DNA of 64,000 nt from Octopus vulgaris (lineage: Eukaryota). A model generated the notes under the pieces. The model saw nothing but the letters and a program-made list of their open reading frames with translations. It did no database searches and was not told where the DNA came from. How positions within the stretch are numbered: position 1 is the first letter of the stretch; every line of letters begins with the position of its first letter. This document shows, in pieces, positions 25,013 through 37,286 of this stretch. The stretch is from NCBI GenBank assembly GCA_951406725.2, contig OX597819.1:34844001-34908000 (forward strand), read 5' to 3'. The position numbers were made by a program, and so were the translations under genes.

Positions 25013-25916
25013 ATATGGAACACAAGCCATATGGAGATCATAAACTAAACGTATGGAACACACAGAAATCATAAAACTAAACACATGGAACGTAAAGATA
25101 TAGAAACTACTAACTGATCCACAAAAATATATATGTGATTAAAGCAAAAAAACACTTATGTAGACGACATATGTATAAAACAAAGGAAATTGTGTAAAAT
25201 ATGATAAACAACAGACGTAAATATGGAATACTTGAATGAAAATATTGAATATGTAATTCTTATGGAATATATAAATCATAAGTATTATTGATCAATCTTT
25301 AATGTCCCTTAATGTTCAGTGTCAAATACAGTTGAAGTTTTATATACTGTTATCTATATTATACTATATCCATCAACATGCAGAGAGGAGTGTCCAGTAG
25401 TTGTCTTATTGTAGATAATAAATAACGATTGGACATTTAAAAGTAGATCTATTTACTGCCAGTGCTAATTACCGAACATCCAACTGTCAGGCAATTTTTT
25501 TCTGCTCTGCCTTTATTTCTCATCTATCTTTGAGTAATATGTTCTGCTATAATAATATAAATGTAAAAACAAAAGAATTCAATTAATTTCTTGAAAAATT
25601 GCTGAGTTACAATATTGATACCTCACTAATGGTAACTATGTCCATTCATACATTTATAAAATGTAGAAGAGTTCTACAAAGAAATGTGTCAGTTTTCCAA
25701 GGAAATTTTTTTTTTTATAATATTCTTTGTCTGAAGATACAAATTATTATTGTCATTTTGATAACTGATCCTAACATTCTTATCGTGCAAATAACTCATT
25801 TTTGCAAATATTTTGTCGTTTTTCAGATTATTCTAGTATCCTGACAACTACACACAAACACGCATACACATTTACATATGTATATACACATATACATAGG
25901 CACATTTATATATATA

Positions 25917-26390
25917 TCATCATCATCATCATCATCGTTTAACGTCCGCTTTCCATGCTAGCATGGGTTGGACGGTTCAACTGGGGTCTGGCAAGCCCGA
26001 AGGCTGCACCAGGCCAGTCAGATCTGGCAGTGTTTCTACAGCTGGATGCCCTTCCTAATGCCAACCACTCCGAGAGTGTAGTGGGTGATTTTATGTGCCA
26101 CCGACACAGGTGCCAGACGAGGCTGGCAGACGGCCACGCTCGGATGGTGTTTTTTATGAGCCACCGACACAGGTGCCAGACGAGGCTGGCAGACGGCCAC
26201 GCTCGGATGGTGTTTTCTTATGTGCCACCGACACAGGTGCCAGACGAGGCTGGCGAACGGCCACGCTCAGATGGTGTTTGTTACGTGCCCTCAGCACGGA
26301 GTCCAGTCAATGTGGTACTGGCTACGGTCACGTTCGGATGGTTTTCTTATGTGCCACCGGCACTGGTACCACAAGGATACAAATTCCATT
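25917..26390 (-). mobile_element. Young RTE 3'-UTR/tail copy with minisatellite
   Basis: Near-identical to 9040-9520, with a similar truncation point at gatacaaattccatt. Confidence 0.85.
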
Positions 26391-26746
26391 ATATTTATAT
26401 ATATATCAATATATATATTTATATATATATTAATATAATATATTTAATATAAGCGGCAAGTTCATTTGAAGGAGAGGTTGTGTTTTGTTGGTTTTCCTTT
26501 TCAATGGTATTGTTGAATTGTTGTTGTTTGAATTGCTAACTTTGTTAAACTGTAGCCTGCTTAGCAGGTGTTGTTTTTGAACTTGTATTCCTTCCCTACT
26601 GGGGGGAAGATTGTAATATTTACTATAGTTGTGAATTATGGTCTGTTTTGGACAATTTTTATTGGACTGTGTTCCTTCCCCAGACGGGAAAATGATTTGA
26701 GCAGTTTATCATGTTTCTCTTACGAGAGAAAATTTTTCTTTTGAAT

Positions 26747-26952
26747 CCCTTTCGTTACCAACCCAGCTGAGTACAAATGTCTTGACTTTGTAAGTTTTTA
26801 ATTAAAATCTTCCACCAAACCTTAGTCACAATTTATGTTCCTAACACTAGCTGAACGATAACTAAGTTATTTTACTAAATTCTTTGTTATGTTTAAAGTA
26901 ATTGAAAGAAACACAGAACATCTCAAATTAAATATGGTAACAAAAGGGTTAA
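26747..26952. mobile_element. piggyBac-like MITE
   Basis: TIRs ccctttcgttacc and ggtaacaaaaggg, followed by TTAA. The left TTAA is degenerate. Confidence 0.6.
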
Positions 26953-27223
26953 GCATTTGTGAACTGTGTCTGTTAAATTATGTTCCTGCCCCAACGGGGG
27001 AAGGATTTGAACTGTTTACTCTTGTGTCCCTCTGACGAGAGAAAATTTTCTTTTCCAAAATGTTTTTTCACAGAATTACACATTTGTAAACTGTTTTAAT
27101 TTAAAACTATGTTCCTCCTCTGATGGGGGAAGGATTTGAAACTATTTTAGAGTATTACATATGAAAAATAAAAAATGTTGTTCTTTCCTCTCTGAAAGAG
27201 AAAAGTTTTGATTATGTTTTACC

Positions 27224-28990
27224 ATGTCAGTAGAAATTATCAAGGAAAAAATTCCGCTCTTTGAGAGCAAAGGTGCATCACAGGAAGAGATAGAAGTATT
27301 AAATATAACAAAAGGATTCACAGCAGCTACGAAAATCAAAACACAAATAATAGAAATACCATGGGCAGAACTACAGTCATACTTCGCCATGTTAAAAGTA
27401 AGCAGGAGCGACATCCAAATCTCTCCCCATGACAATATAACCAAACAAACTATGAGCAAAACCATTATATATACAAGTTATGATGTAGAAAACTGCAAAA
27501 TGGAAAATATGTCACGAGAGATATAGGAAAGATGTTTCCTATGTGGCCCGAGGAAAAAAATACGCCACTATAGAGGTAAGGCTCCACAGCATAGAGAAAG
27601 CCTGCAAGCACTCTGTGCTAACGTTAAAAACAGATGAGGTGGTACTTCTGCCAACCTGTCTAGGATGAAGGACGTCCCGGATTAAGATTACAGAATTGCC
27701 ACCAGAAATTGATATCGCCTGGGTAATAGCTGCCCTTTGTTATAACTGGGAAGACAAAGTGAATATTTTACAGATCACATGCTCTGCTCCCCAAAACTGG
27801 CTTGGGCAGAGTGTGGATGTGTTTATACAGGCAGTCCAATGTGACCAAGAGGAAATGCCAGAAAGAGTGTCATAGGTGAAGACGTCGTCCTCTGGATACA
27901 GGTCGAGGGAAGAAAACCTCAATGTTTTAAATGTGACCAGAAGGGTCACATAAGGGCCAAATGTGGCCATTCAACCACAGAGGAACCCCCTCGGAAACCA
28001 GCACCACAGAAAATGAGGAATAATAAAAGGACAAAAAAAGAACAGTTACCCACCCCCGCATCTACGCAAGTACCCAAAACTAAACCCACACAAGCACCCA
28101 AAAACACATTCACACCTGCACCCACACATGCACCAGTAATCGATCCTACACCTACACACGCACATGCACTGACACCTATATCATCACCCAAAGGCAAAAT
28201 TTTCCTTCCTGGCAACAACATAGAGATAATCGACTGGGAGAGAACCCGGACTGCCTGAAAAAGGGCAAAAAGATGCATTCTGACTACCCAACTCACAACC
28301 CCACCCCCCCCAAAAAACCACTTCCACTACACACACAGAAAGGAAAAAACCCCGCTCCCCAACCCCCAAAAAAACTAATGAAAAACACAAACAAATATTG
28401 GTTGAATACAACTCTAAACATCAATAAATACATACCATAATCTCATTACACCATACAACAAAGCTGTACCGAGAACATAAGGACTTACCCATAAGATTCG
28501 CTAAAACATCTGACGCATTGTTTAGACAACTAAAAGAAAGGCATCCGGTCGACATCTGACGGTTAGTAGAGGTGCTAAAACAACTAAAGACACAAAAAGA
28601 AAAAAGAAAAATCAGCGAGAGTGGGGTCCTCAGAAAGACCAAGCCTGACCCCTTATCACCCCGACAAAAAGGTAGGAACCTTTTTATTTTTCAATGGCTT
28701 CACTTAAACTTGGTTGTTTGAATGTACGTGGCCTGAGCTCAAAGTGGAAACAATCTTGTTTTCTCGACGACGGTCACGAGACATAGATGTGATGGTTGCT
28801 ACAGAGACCAAGGTGGACAGGCTACAAGCTTTCTCGACTCTCTTGAAAGGCTATGAGAAAATCATGTCCCTTAACCAGACCGGAGGTCAAGGAGGCATAG
28901 TGGTTCTACTCCGAAAAGGCTTGGCTCTGCAGACGAATACAATCTTTAAAGATCTTGAAGGTAGGCTGGTCGTCCTACAGAAAGCAGATT
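27224..28990 (+). mobile_element. L1/Tx1-like LINE 5' portion: decayed ORF1 with zinc knuckle and start of ORF2 APE endonuclease
   Basis: CFKCDQKGHIRAKC (CX2CX4HX4C, 27923-27964) and a Pro/Thr-rich linker. ORF2 from ATG 28694 reads MASLKLGCLNVRGL...DIDVMVATETKV...GGIVVLLRK...DLEGRLVVL. Confidence 0.82.
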
Positions 28991-29119
28991 AAAGTGACAC
29001 TTATTTACTAATCATGCTCCCAGAACTCTGCGAAGTACTCTTGCAGTTTCAAGCGATGATGCTTTCTGTAGATGTTTTATCTTTATATGCATTCTAATCT
29101 TTTTGAGCTGTGTTGGTAG

Positions 29120-29302
<183 letters not shown>

Positions 29303-29360
29303 GAGAGAGAGAGAGCAGCGCATGCCATCAAAGTGACACTGGTTGTTGTTGTTGTTGTAG

Positions 29361-29391
<31 letters not shown>

Positions 29392-29769
29392 GTGAGAGAG
29401 AGAGCAGCGCATGCCATCAAAGTGACACTGGGGTAAAATATACGAAGCCCAGTATACCCATCATGACAACCTGTCTGATAAGGGTACACCACACATGCAT
29501 CACAACTATATGCACGTGACATAGTGATCTCATATCAAGATTAACAGTGCACGACCTTGCAAGTAAGGCCCTGTTAGAATTTTCTTCGTGTCAAGTAGCC
29601 CATTCCGCTCAAAAGGTCCCTGAAAAAACGCCTGTTTAAGGATGATGAACAAAACACCCAAGTTTCCTGAGGTGAATTATTCAAACCACTATACCAAGTC
29701 AAAACAATGTACATGATAACACTTCCAGTCAGTGGCCATGTGAGCCACTGCCTGGTACTGCATCAAGGC
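29303..29769. mobile_element. (TAA)n/(CAA)n-embedded element, copy 3 (duplicated end, internal deletion)
   Basis: gagagagcagcgcatgccatcaaagtgacactgg occurs at ~29309 and ~29399. Ends gcctggtactgcatcaaggc. Confidence 0.8.
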
Positions 29770-29807
29770 CTCCTTTTCCTCCTCCTCCACCGCCGCTGCT
29801 GCCACCG

Positions 29808-29840
<33 letters not shown>

Positions 29841-29864
29841 TTGTCATTATTATTACCACAACTA

Positions 29865-30575
29865 AGAAGGCTGTGACCTAGCATGTAAGTTGACAAGCTA
29901 GCCGAATTATTAGCATGTTAGGCAAAAAGCTTAGTGGCATCTCATCCTTTTTTATGTTTCAAGTTCAAATTCTGCTGAGATCAACTTTGCTTTTCATCCT
30001 TTAGGGGGTCACTAAATTAAGTGCCAGTGAAACACTGGGTTCAATGTAATCAACTAGTCCCCTCCCAAAAAACTTCAGGCCCTGCGCTTTTAGTAGAAAG
30101 AATTATAATTATTACTATCATTATTATTACCACTACTAGTAAAGCTGTGAGTAGGCATGTAAAGTGATGAGCCAGCAGAATTGTTAGCACACTCAGCAAA
30201 ATACTAAGCAACATTTCATCCATCTTTACATTCTGGGTTCAAACTCTGCCAAGGTCAATTTTGCTTTCATCAATAAGTACCAGTTGGACACTAGGGTCAG
30301 TGTAATCAACTTATTCCCTCGCCCAATTTTACTGGCCTAGTGCCAAAATTTGAAACCATTATTGTTGTTGTTGATGATGCTGTTAAGGCGGTGAGCTGAC
30401 AGAATCATTAGCACTCTGAGCAAAATGCTTAGCAGTATATTTGCCCTTCACTACATTCTGAGTTCAAATTCTGCCGAGGTCAAATTTGCCTTTCATCCTT
30501 TCAGTGAACTCTGGGGTCAATGTAATTGATTAGTCCCCTCCCCACAAATTTCAGGCCTTGTGCTTTTAGTAGAAA
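29865..30575 (+). mobile_element. Three consecutive SINE family B copies
   Basis: gttcaaattctgc..ag(g/a)tcaa.tttgc.tttcatc is repeated three times. Confidence 0.8.
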
Positions 30576-30579
30576 TTAC

Positions 30580-30631
<52 letters not shown>

Positions 30632-30863
30632 TCCTTCTTTCTTCAAGTTTTCTTCCATTTCTCGCCGAGTGCTTTCCATACACCTTAGGGCAGAGAAGCT
30701 CATTGTATGCATTCCCAGATTACACATGCAAATTCACAGGTAAATAAATTTATGATTGGATGTTGTTTTCACAGTGATAATGCTCTTCTCAGTACATGAG
30801 CCGTTCCAGTTAACACGATTTTTTGCACTTCTTGTAGGGATGGTAAGCCTGGTATTATTTATA

Positions 30864-30902
<39 letters not shown>

Positions 30903-30903
<1 letters not shown>

Positions 30904-31444
30904 GTGAGAGAGCAGTGCATGCCATCAAAGTGACACTGGGCTAAAATATGCAAAGCCCATTATACCCATCTGATAAGGGTACACCAAGCACATGTATCAC
31001 AACCATATATGCATGACATGACAATCTCATATCAAGATAAACAGTGCATGACCTTGCAGGTGGGGCCCAGTTAGAATTTTCTTCTGGTCGAGTAGCCCAT
31101 CCCGCTCAAAAGGTCCCCTGAATAAGGGTTGTTTAAGGATGTTGAACAAACCACCCATGTTTCCAAAGGTGAATTATCCAAACCTCTAAGAATTCCTCTC
31201 AACATCGGCTATGATACTCCCCCACTACTTCTGCTCATGATCAGAGATGCACATATCGTCAGCCACTAAGGAACATGGTCAACTGGTTAAGGTCAAACAA
31301 CTGACAAGCAAATCTATGGTATTGAGCAGAATATTTGCTGTAGCCTACCTTTTATACCAAGACAAAACAATGTACATGATAACACTTCCAATCAGTTAAG
31401 ATCAGAAGCCTTGAGAGCCACTGTCTGGTACTGCATCTGGGCAT
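30903..31444. mobile_element. (TAA)n-embedded ~555-bp element, copy 4
   Basis: Same ends as the other copies, with (TTA)n on both sides. Confidence 0.85.
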
Positions 31445-32070
31445 TTATTATTATTGTTTGTTGTTGTTGTTGTTGTTGTTGTTGCTGCTGCTGTTGTTAC
31501 CACTACTATCTCTAAGACAATGAAATGGTAGAAATCATTTAACTTTCACCAAGCTTAAGCTTACCTTTCATCTGAAAGTTGATAAAATAAAATACCAGTC
31601 AATCATATGGAGCAATTTCATTTACTGTATCCCCCCCTCCCGATAAATTCGTGGCTTTTTGCCTAATTTAGAAATCAGTATTATCACAACCTTCAAAGGA
31701 AATAAAAATATATAAACCTCAGATGGGACAGAAAGCAGAACCTTCCTTCAGGCAGCTTAGTAAAACCATACAATACTAAAACATGAAATACAGCTAAACA
31801 AGAAACTGACTCATATTACAGACAATATAGCAGAAAGTAAAGAGGGAGGGGAACACAGCCATTAAAGTACCAATGATGAAAAATGATTTATGATAATAAA
31901 CTGCTAAATCTGCTCCTACCCCCTTCATCCTAGCCGTAATTCTGTACAGGTTGGAAATATGGAGAAAAGAAAAACATTTTGTTTAGCCAATGTACTGAAA
32001 AGCACAGGAATAAATAGCTATATGACTGCTAATTATAAACTGAGAGAGAAAGGGGGAGGGAGAGAGAGAA

Positions 32071-32071
32071 G

Positions 32072-32144
<73 letters not shown>

Positions 32145-32349
32145 TTTGCTAGATAGATAGATAGATAGATAGATGGATGGATGGATGGATGGATAACAAA
32201 CAGACATATAGGCAGAGAGGCAGGCAGACAATGGATTGACAGAAAGATAGATAGATAGGTAGGTAGGTAGGTAGGTAGGTAGGTAGGTAGGTAGGTAGGT
32301 AGATAGATAGATGATAGATGATAGATGATAGATAGATAGATAGATAGAT

Positions 32350-32399
<50 letters not shown>

Positions 32400-32861
32400 C
32401 AGATAGATAGATAGATAGACAGGCAGGCAGACGATGGATGGACAGATACAGATAAATAGACTGACAGATTAGTAAATACATAACCAGATAGATTGATCGA
32501 AAGATGGTGGGAGAAGAGGGAGATACATACACGTAGAAAAAAACCTAACACAAAGTAAATGTGTTAATAAGCCAACATATTCTTCTTAATGGGTCAAACA
32601 GTGTGTAAGTTAAAGAATTGTTTGGACAAAAAGAAGGGAAAACCAAAATGAAATATTGGCAGCTATGTACACACACACATACACATACTCAATTACACAA
32701 ACTCACATAGACAAATACAAATGCACACACACACACACATACACAGATATATATGTATGCATGAATGTATGTGTATATATATGTGTGTGTGCGTGTGTGA
32801 GAGAGAGAGTGAGAGCATACATATGAATGTATGTGCAAGTGTATGTGTGTGTGTGTGTGTA

Positions 32862-32894
<33 letters not shown>

Positions 32895-33008
32895 GTGAAT
32901 GTATGTATCAGTACAAATTGATGACTTGGAGATTGATACATGTATATGTACATGCATGTGTGTGTATTAATACAGACAGACTCACACACGCACATGCACA
33001 GATACATG

Positions 33009-33039
<31 letters not shown>

Positions 33040-33308
33040 ATATGCACAGGTACACACATTCACACATGCAAACTCAAACACACATGCAAACTCAAACACA
33101 CATGCAAGCACACACACACACACACAACACACACACACAAACACGCATATGCACAGGTACACACATTCACACATGCAAACTCAAACACACATGCAAGCAC
33201 ACACACACACACACACAACACACACACACACAAACACGCATATGCACAGGTACACACATTCACACATGCAAACTCACAGTTACACACTTGCAAGCACACA
33301 CACACACA

Positions 33309-33351
<43 letters not shown>

Positions 33352-33385
33352 CACAACACACACAAACATATGCATGCATGTATAT
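32071..33385. repeat. Compound (GATA)n/(GGTA)n and (TG)n/(CA)n microsatellite field
   Basis: Read directly. It explains the YLSI and HTHT/CVCV ORFs. Confidence 0.95.
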
Positions 33386-33975
33386 TAGAATGAGTTTGTA
33401 TAACTGAAGAATCATTAACCACGGAACCAATTAGCTTGCAGAAAAAAAAATTATGATTTATCAAATGATCAAAGTCTATTAAAGATGGAATAGGCAAAGA
33501 TCAAAGACCCAGGATGTAAATGGCTTAAAAAAAAAAAAAAGCTGCATTTTTTGCACTTTGTAATGTTTGGTATTTTGTAAACCTGTTTAGATATTTTACA
33601 TCTCAATAATGGCTGGTATCTGATTGCACGTATGTGCTTCTATTGAGAATGTGTGTGTGTGTGTGTGTCTGTCTGTCTGTATGTATGTGCACGCATGCAT
33701 GTGTGTGTGTATGTGTGTGTGTGTGCTTGTGTGCATATGTGTCTGACTGTTTGTGTGTATATATACACAGAAGTTTGTTATTACAGTCATTATTTGTGAG
33801 TAGTAAGTATATGTGTACTATATTAATTATAGGTAAATACCTGTACATCTATATACATAAATGCATACACACATATGTGTATGTGTATATATATTTATAT
33901 AAAGCCGACACATATACATATATACCTGTACAGCTACCTACACATGTACATCAATATACCTGTATACACATATAC

Positions 33976-34009
<34 letters not shown>

Positions 34010-34012
<3 letters not shown>

Positions 34013-34230
34013 TCATCATCATCATCATCATCATCGTTTAATGTTCGCTTTCCATGCTAGCATGGGTTGGACAATTTTGACTGAGAGCTGGCAAACCAGA
34101 TGGCTGCACCAGGCTCCAATCTTGATCTGCCAGAGTTTCTACAGCTGGATGCCCTTCCTAAAGCCAACCACTCCGAGAGTGTAGTGGATGCTTTTTATAT
34201 GCCACCGGCACAGGGGCCAGTCCGGCAGTA
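34010..34230 (-). mobile_element. RTE LINE 3' tail
   Basis: catcatcgtttaatgttcgctttccatgctagcatgggttgg. Confidence 0.8.
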
Positions 34231-34276
34231 CTATATATATATGGATTTCGTAGACAAGAACTGAAACAAATCAATC

Positions 34277-34338
<62 letters not shown>

Positions 34339-34554
34339 ATATGTAAATACATTAATATCAAGTCTAACTGTATTTATCTCCATTACTACTTCTATATCAG
34401 CTTGATTTGGATTTCTTGATGGTGTAGGCCATGCCTGGGACAAAGAATTCGGAGTTTAAGTTTAAATCCTTTTGAGCAATACTGCATATTTTCTATACTA
34501 AGCATATGCAGTCCTCACCTGTTGTTTATAAGTGTGTGTGTGTATGTGTGTGTC

Positions 34555-34604
<50 letters not shown>

Positions 34605-34710
34605 AATTTGCATGTGAGTGTGCATGCATGCTTGTGAATAGGTGGAAGAATTTTGTTATTTCACATCTTTTCTTATGACAGCCAGAGCAAATCAGTAATT
34701 TGATGTAGAC

Positions 34711-35537
34711 CAGTGCTTCTCAAACTATCTGATGTGGTGTACCAGCAGATTTTTTTCTCCAATGTGCCAGGGACCAATAATATTTCTTAGTAATATTAAT
34801 TTATACCAGAAACAATATATATAATGAATATACTCTTTTACTCTTTTACTTGTTTCAGTCATTTGACTGCGGCCATGCTGGAGCACCACCTTTAGTCAAG
34901 CAAATCGACCCCAGAACTTATTCTTTGTAAGCCTAGTACTTATTCTATTGGTTTCTTTTGCCGAACCGCTAAGTTACGGGAACGTAAACACACCAGCATC
35001 GGTTGTTATGTGATGTTGGGGGGACAAACACAGACACAAACATATACACACACATATACATATATATATATATACATACTTACATACATGCATACATACA
35101 TACATACATACATACATACATACGACGGGCTTCTTCCAGTTTCTGTCTACCAAATCCACTCACAAGGCTTTGGTCAGCCAGAGGCTATAGTAGAAGACAC
35201 TTGCCCGAGGTGCCACACAGTGGAACTGAACCCAGAACCATGTGGTTTGTAAGCCACTACTATGCCTATTATAATAAAATATAATAAAATAAATATAAAA
35301 TAAATAAAATAAAATAAAATAATAAAATATTATAATAATAATAATAATAATAACATAATAAAAGTTGACAATTTATTTTATCTTATATTTATTTTGTAAA
35401 CAAATAATACAATATTACATAAGCATTTCATAAGCATTTTATAATGTTTTTTTCTTTTCTGGAAACATGCCATGTACTGGCAGCTCAGGGCTCATGGACC
35501 AGCAACAGTCTGCAGACCACTACTTTGAGTAGCACTG
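34711..35537. mobile_element. hAT-type MITE with 8-bp TSD, containing a SINE A insertion
   Basis: TIRs cagtgcttctcaaa and tttgagtagcactg. TSD atgtagac at 34703-34710 and 35538-35545. Confidence 0.85.
34832..35260 (-). mobile_element. SINE family A
   Basis: ctcttttactcttttacttgtttcagtcatttgactgcggccatgctggagcacc...gaacccagaaccatgtgg. Confidence 0.9.
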
Positions 35538-35729
35538 ATGTAGACAATATATCCTAAACTTTGTGCTTTGGAAGTAGAATGGAATAAGAACAAGAGCCCT
35601 ATACTTGAAAAACAGGTAATGATTGGGAGTAGGAAGTGCATCCAACCATAAAACGCTACCTCAAATAAGTCACTGTCTAACTTATGCTAGCATAGAAAAA
35701 AATGCAAAATAAACAATCAAATGAATATG

Positions 35730-35814
<85 letters not shown>

Positions 35815-35832
35815 TACATGCATATATACATG

Positions 35833-36120
35833 TGGAGGCGCAATGGCCCAATGGTTAGGGCAGTGGACTTGCAGTCGTAGGATCGTGGTTTCGATTCCCA
35901 GACCGGGCGTTGTGAGTGTTTATTGAGTGAAAACACCTAAAGCTCCACGAGGCTCCAGCAGGGGGGGGGGCGATCCCTGCTGTACGCTTTCACCACAACT
36001 TTCTCTCACTCTTTCTTCTGTTGGGGTGGCATCATTTGAAGGCTAAAACAATGTGAAGCGCATTGTGACCAGCGATGTGTAGCAACATCTGATAGTCTGG
36101 TCGGTGACGGTGATGACAGT
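35833..36120 (+). mobile_element. tRNA-derived SINE (family C-related)
   Basis: A box tggcccaatggtt and B-box-like gtttcgattccc, with a non-tRNA body. Inserted in a microsatellite. Confidence 0.85.
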
Positions 36121-36283
36121 GATATATACATACATTCATACATACATTCATAAATACATGCATACATTCATACATACATTCATGCATACATATGTACATT
36201 CATACATACATACATGCATATATGTATACATACATACATACATACATACATACATGTAGGTAGGTAGGTAGGTAGGTAGGTAA

Positions 36284-36570
36284 AGGCATGGGTGTGGGGC
36301 TAGGGAGCTTGCCTTGCAATCATGTATTCTCAGGTTCAGTCCTACTGCATGGCACCTTGTGAGTGAATTAGGTAGATGGCAACTGTGTGGAAGCCCATCC
36401 TGTTTGTATGTGTGTGTGCATATGTATGTGTATGTGTTTGTGTTTGTTACCCCTCCACTTGACGACTGATGTTGGTTTGTTTATGTCCCTGTAACTTCGT
36501 GAGTTGGCAAAAGAGACCACTAGAATAAGTAACAGGCTTTAAATAGAAAAAAGGGTAATAAGATCCATTT
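36284..36570 (+). mobile_element. SINE family A (degenerate)
   Basis: ggttcagtcctactgcatggcaccttg...gcaaaagagaccactagaataagt. Confidence 0.7.
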
Positions 36571-37286
36571 GTTTGACCAGAGTCTCTCTATCACTCAATA
36601 AACCTCTTTTCTCCCCCACCTACTTTGTCTTTCTTTCACTCCCTTCTCCCTTCTCCTCACTTCCTTTGTTCCTTTCCCTCATCCCCCTTTCTTTTCCTCA
36701 TCCTCTCTCTTGTCCTCCTTCCACTCTACCGGTTGATCACATGATTATAGGCCTTTTTTCTCACCTCTGTCTTTTTTGGTTGCAGCATCCATCCAGCTGG
36801 ATATTATTTCCCCTTTTCTCTCACCTCTCAACACTTTTTTTCTCTTCTACTATTTTCTTCTCTTCTATTTATTCTAAATCCTTTCAAAATTTCTCCCAGG
36901 CATTACCCATTACAATTAGTCTTGGCCTAATGGCCATTAATGTTTGTTTTCATCGATTGTTTACTCTATATGTCCACTTTGTTATTGTTTGTTCATTCAA
37001 AGCCCTAACTCTCCACAAATTTTATACTTTTTAAATTTCTGGATGCTGCTGTCTTATGAAGTTTTCCTATCTTGATGTTAAAACCACGAAACGGGTAATA
37101 ATAAACAGTTGACAACTGAGGAGGAGTTAGACTTCTTTTGGTATTTTGTCCTGTACTTGTCTCTCTTGTTGTGTGTTTATGTATTTTTCACTCATTGGTG
37201 ATGCCCTGTAGTTAATGTGTATTTTTTATTTAATTATAATTGAACACCATGTAGCCTTATCCACAGTAAGTTCTTACATATATATA

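Larger units (their letters stand above)
22370..25110. repeat. ~30-bp minisatellite (aaactaaacacatggaacacaaatcataaggaaatcat) split by nested insertions
   Basis: Array pieces at 22370-22695, 23905-23950 and 25013-25110. Confidence 0.8.

Noticed and set aside
27030-27145. Hammerhead cores ctgacgagagaaa and ctgatggggg...gaaac
   Set aside because: No consistent stem I, stem III or NUH site. They are better explained as the simple hairpin monomers.
35833-35905. tRNA gene (also 24420-24493)
   Set aside because: A and B boxes are present but there is no proper acceptor stem. The sequence continues into a SINE body, and one copy has a TSD.
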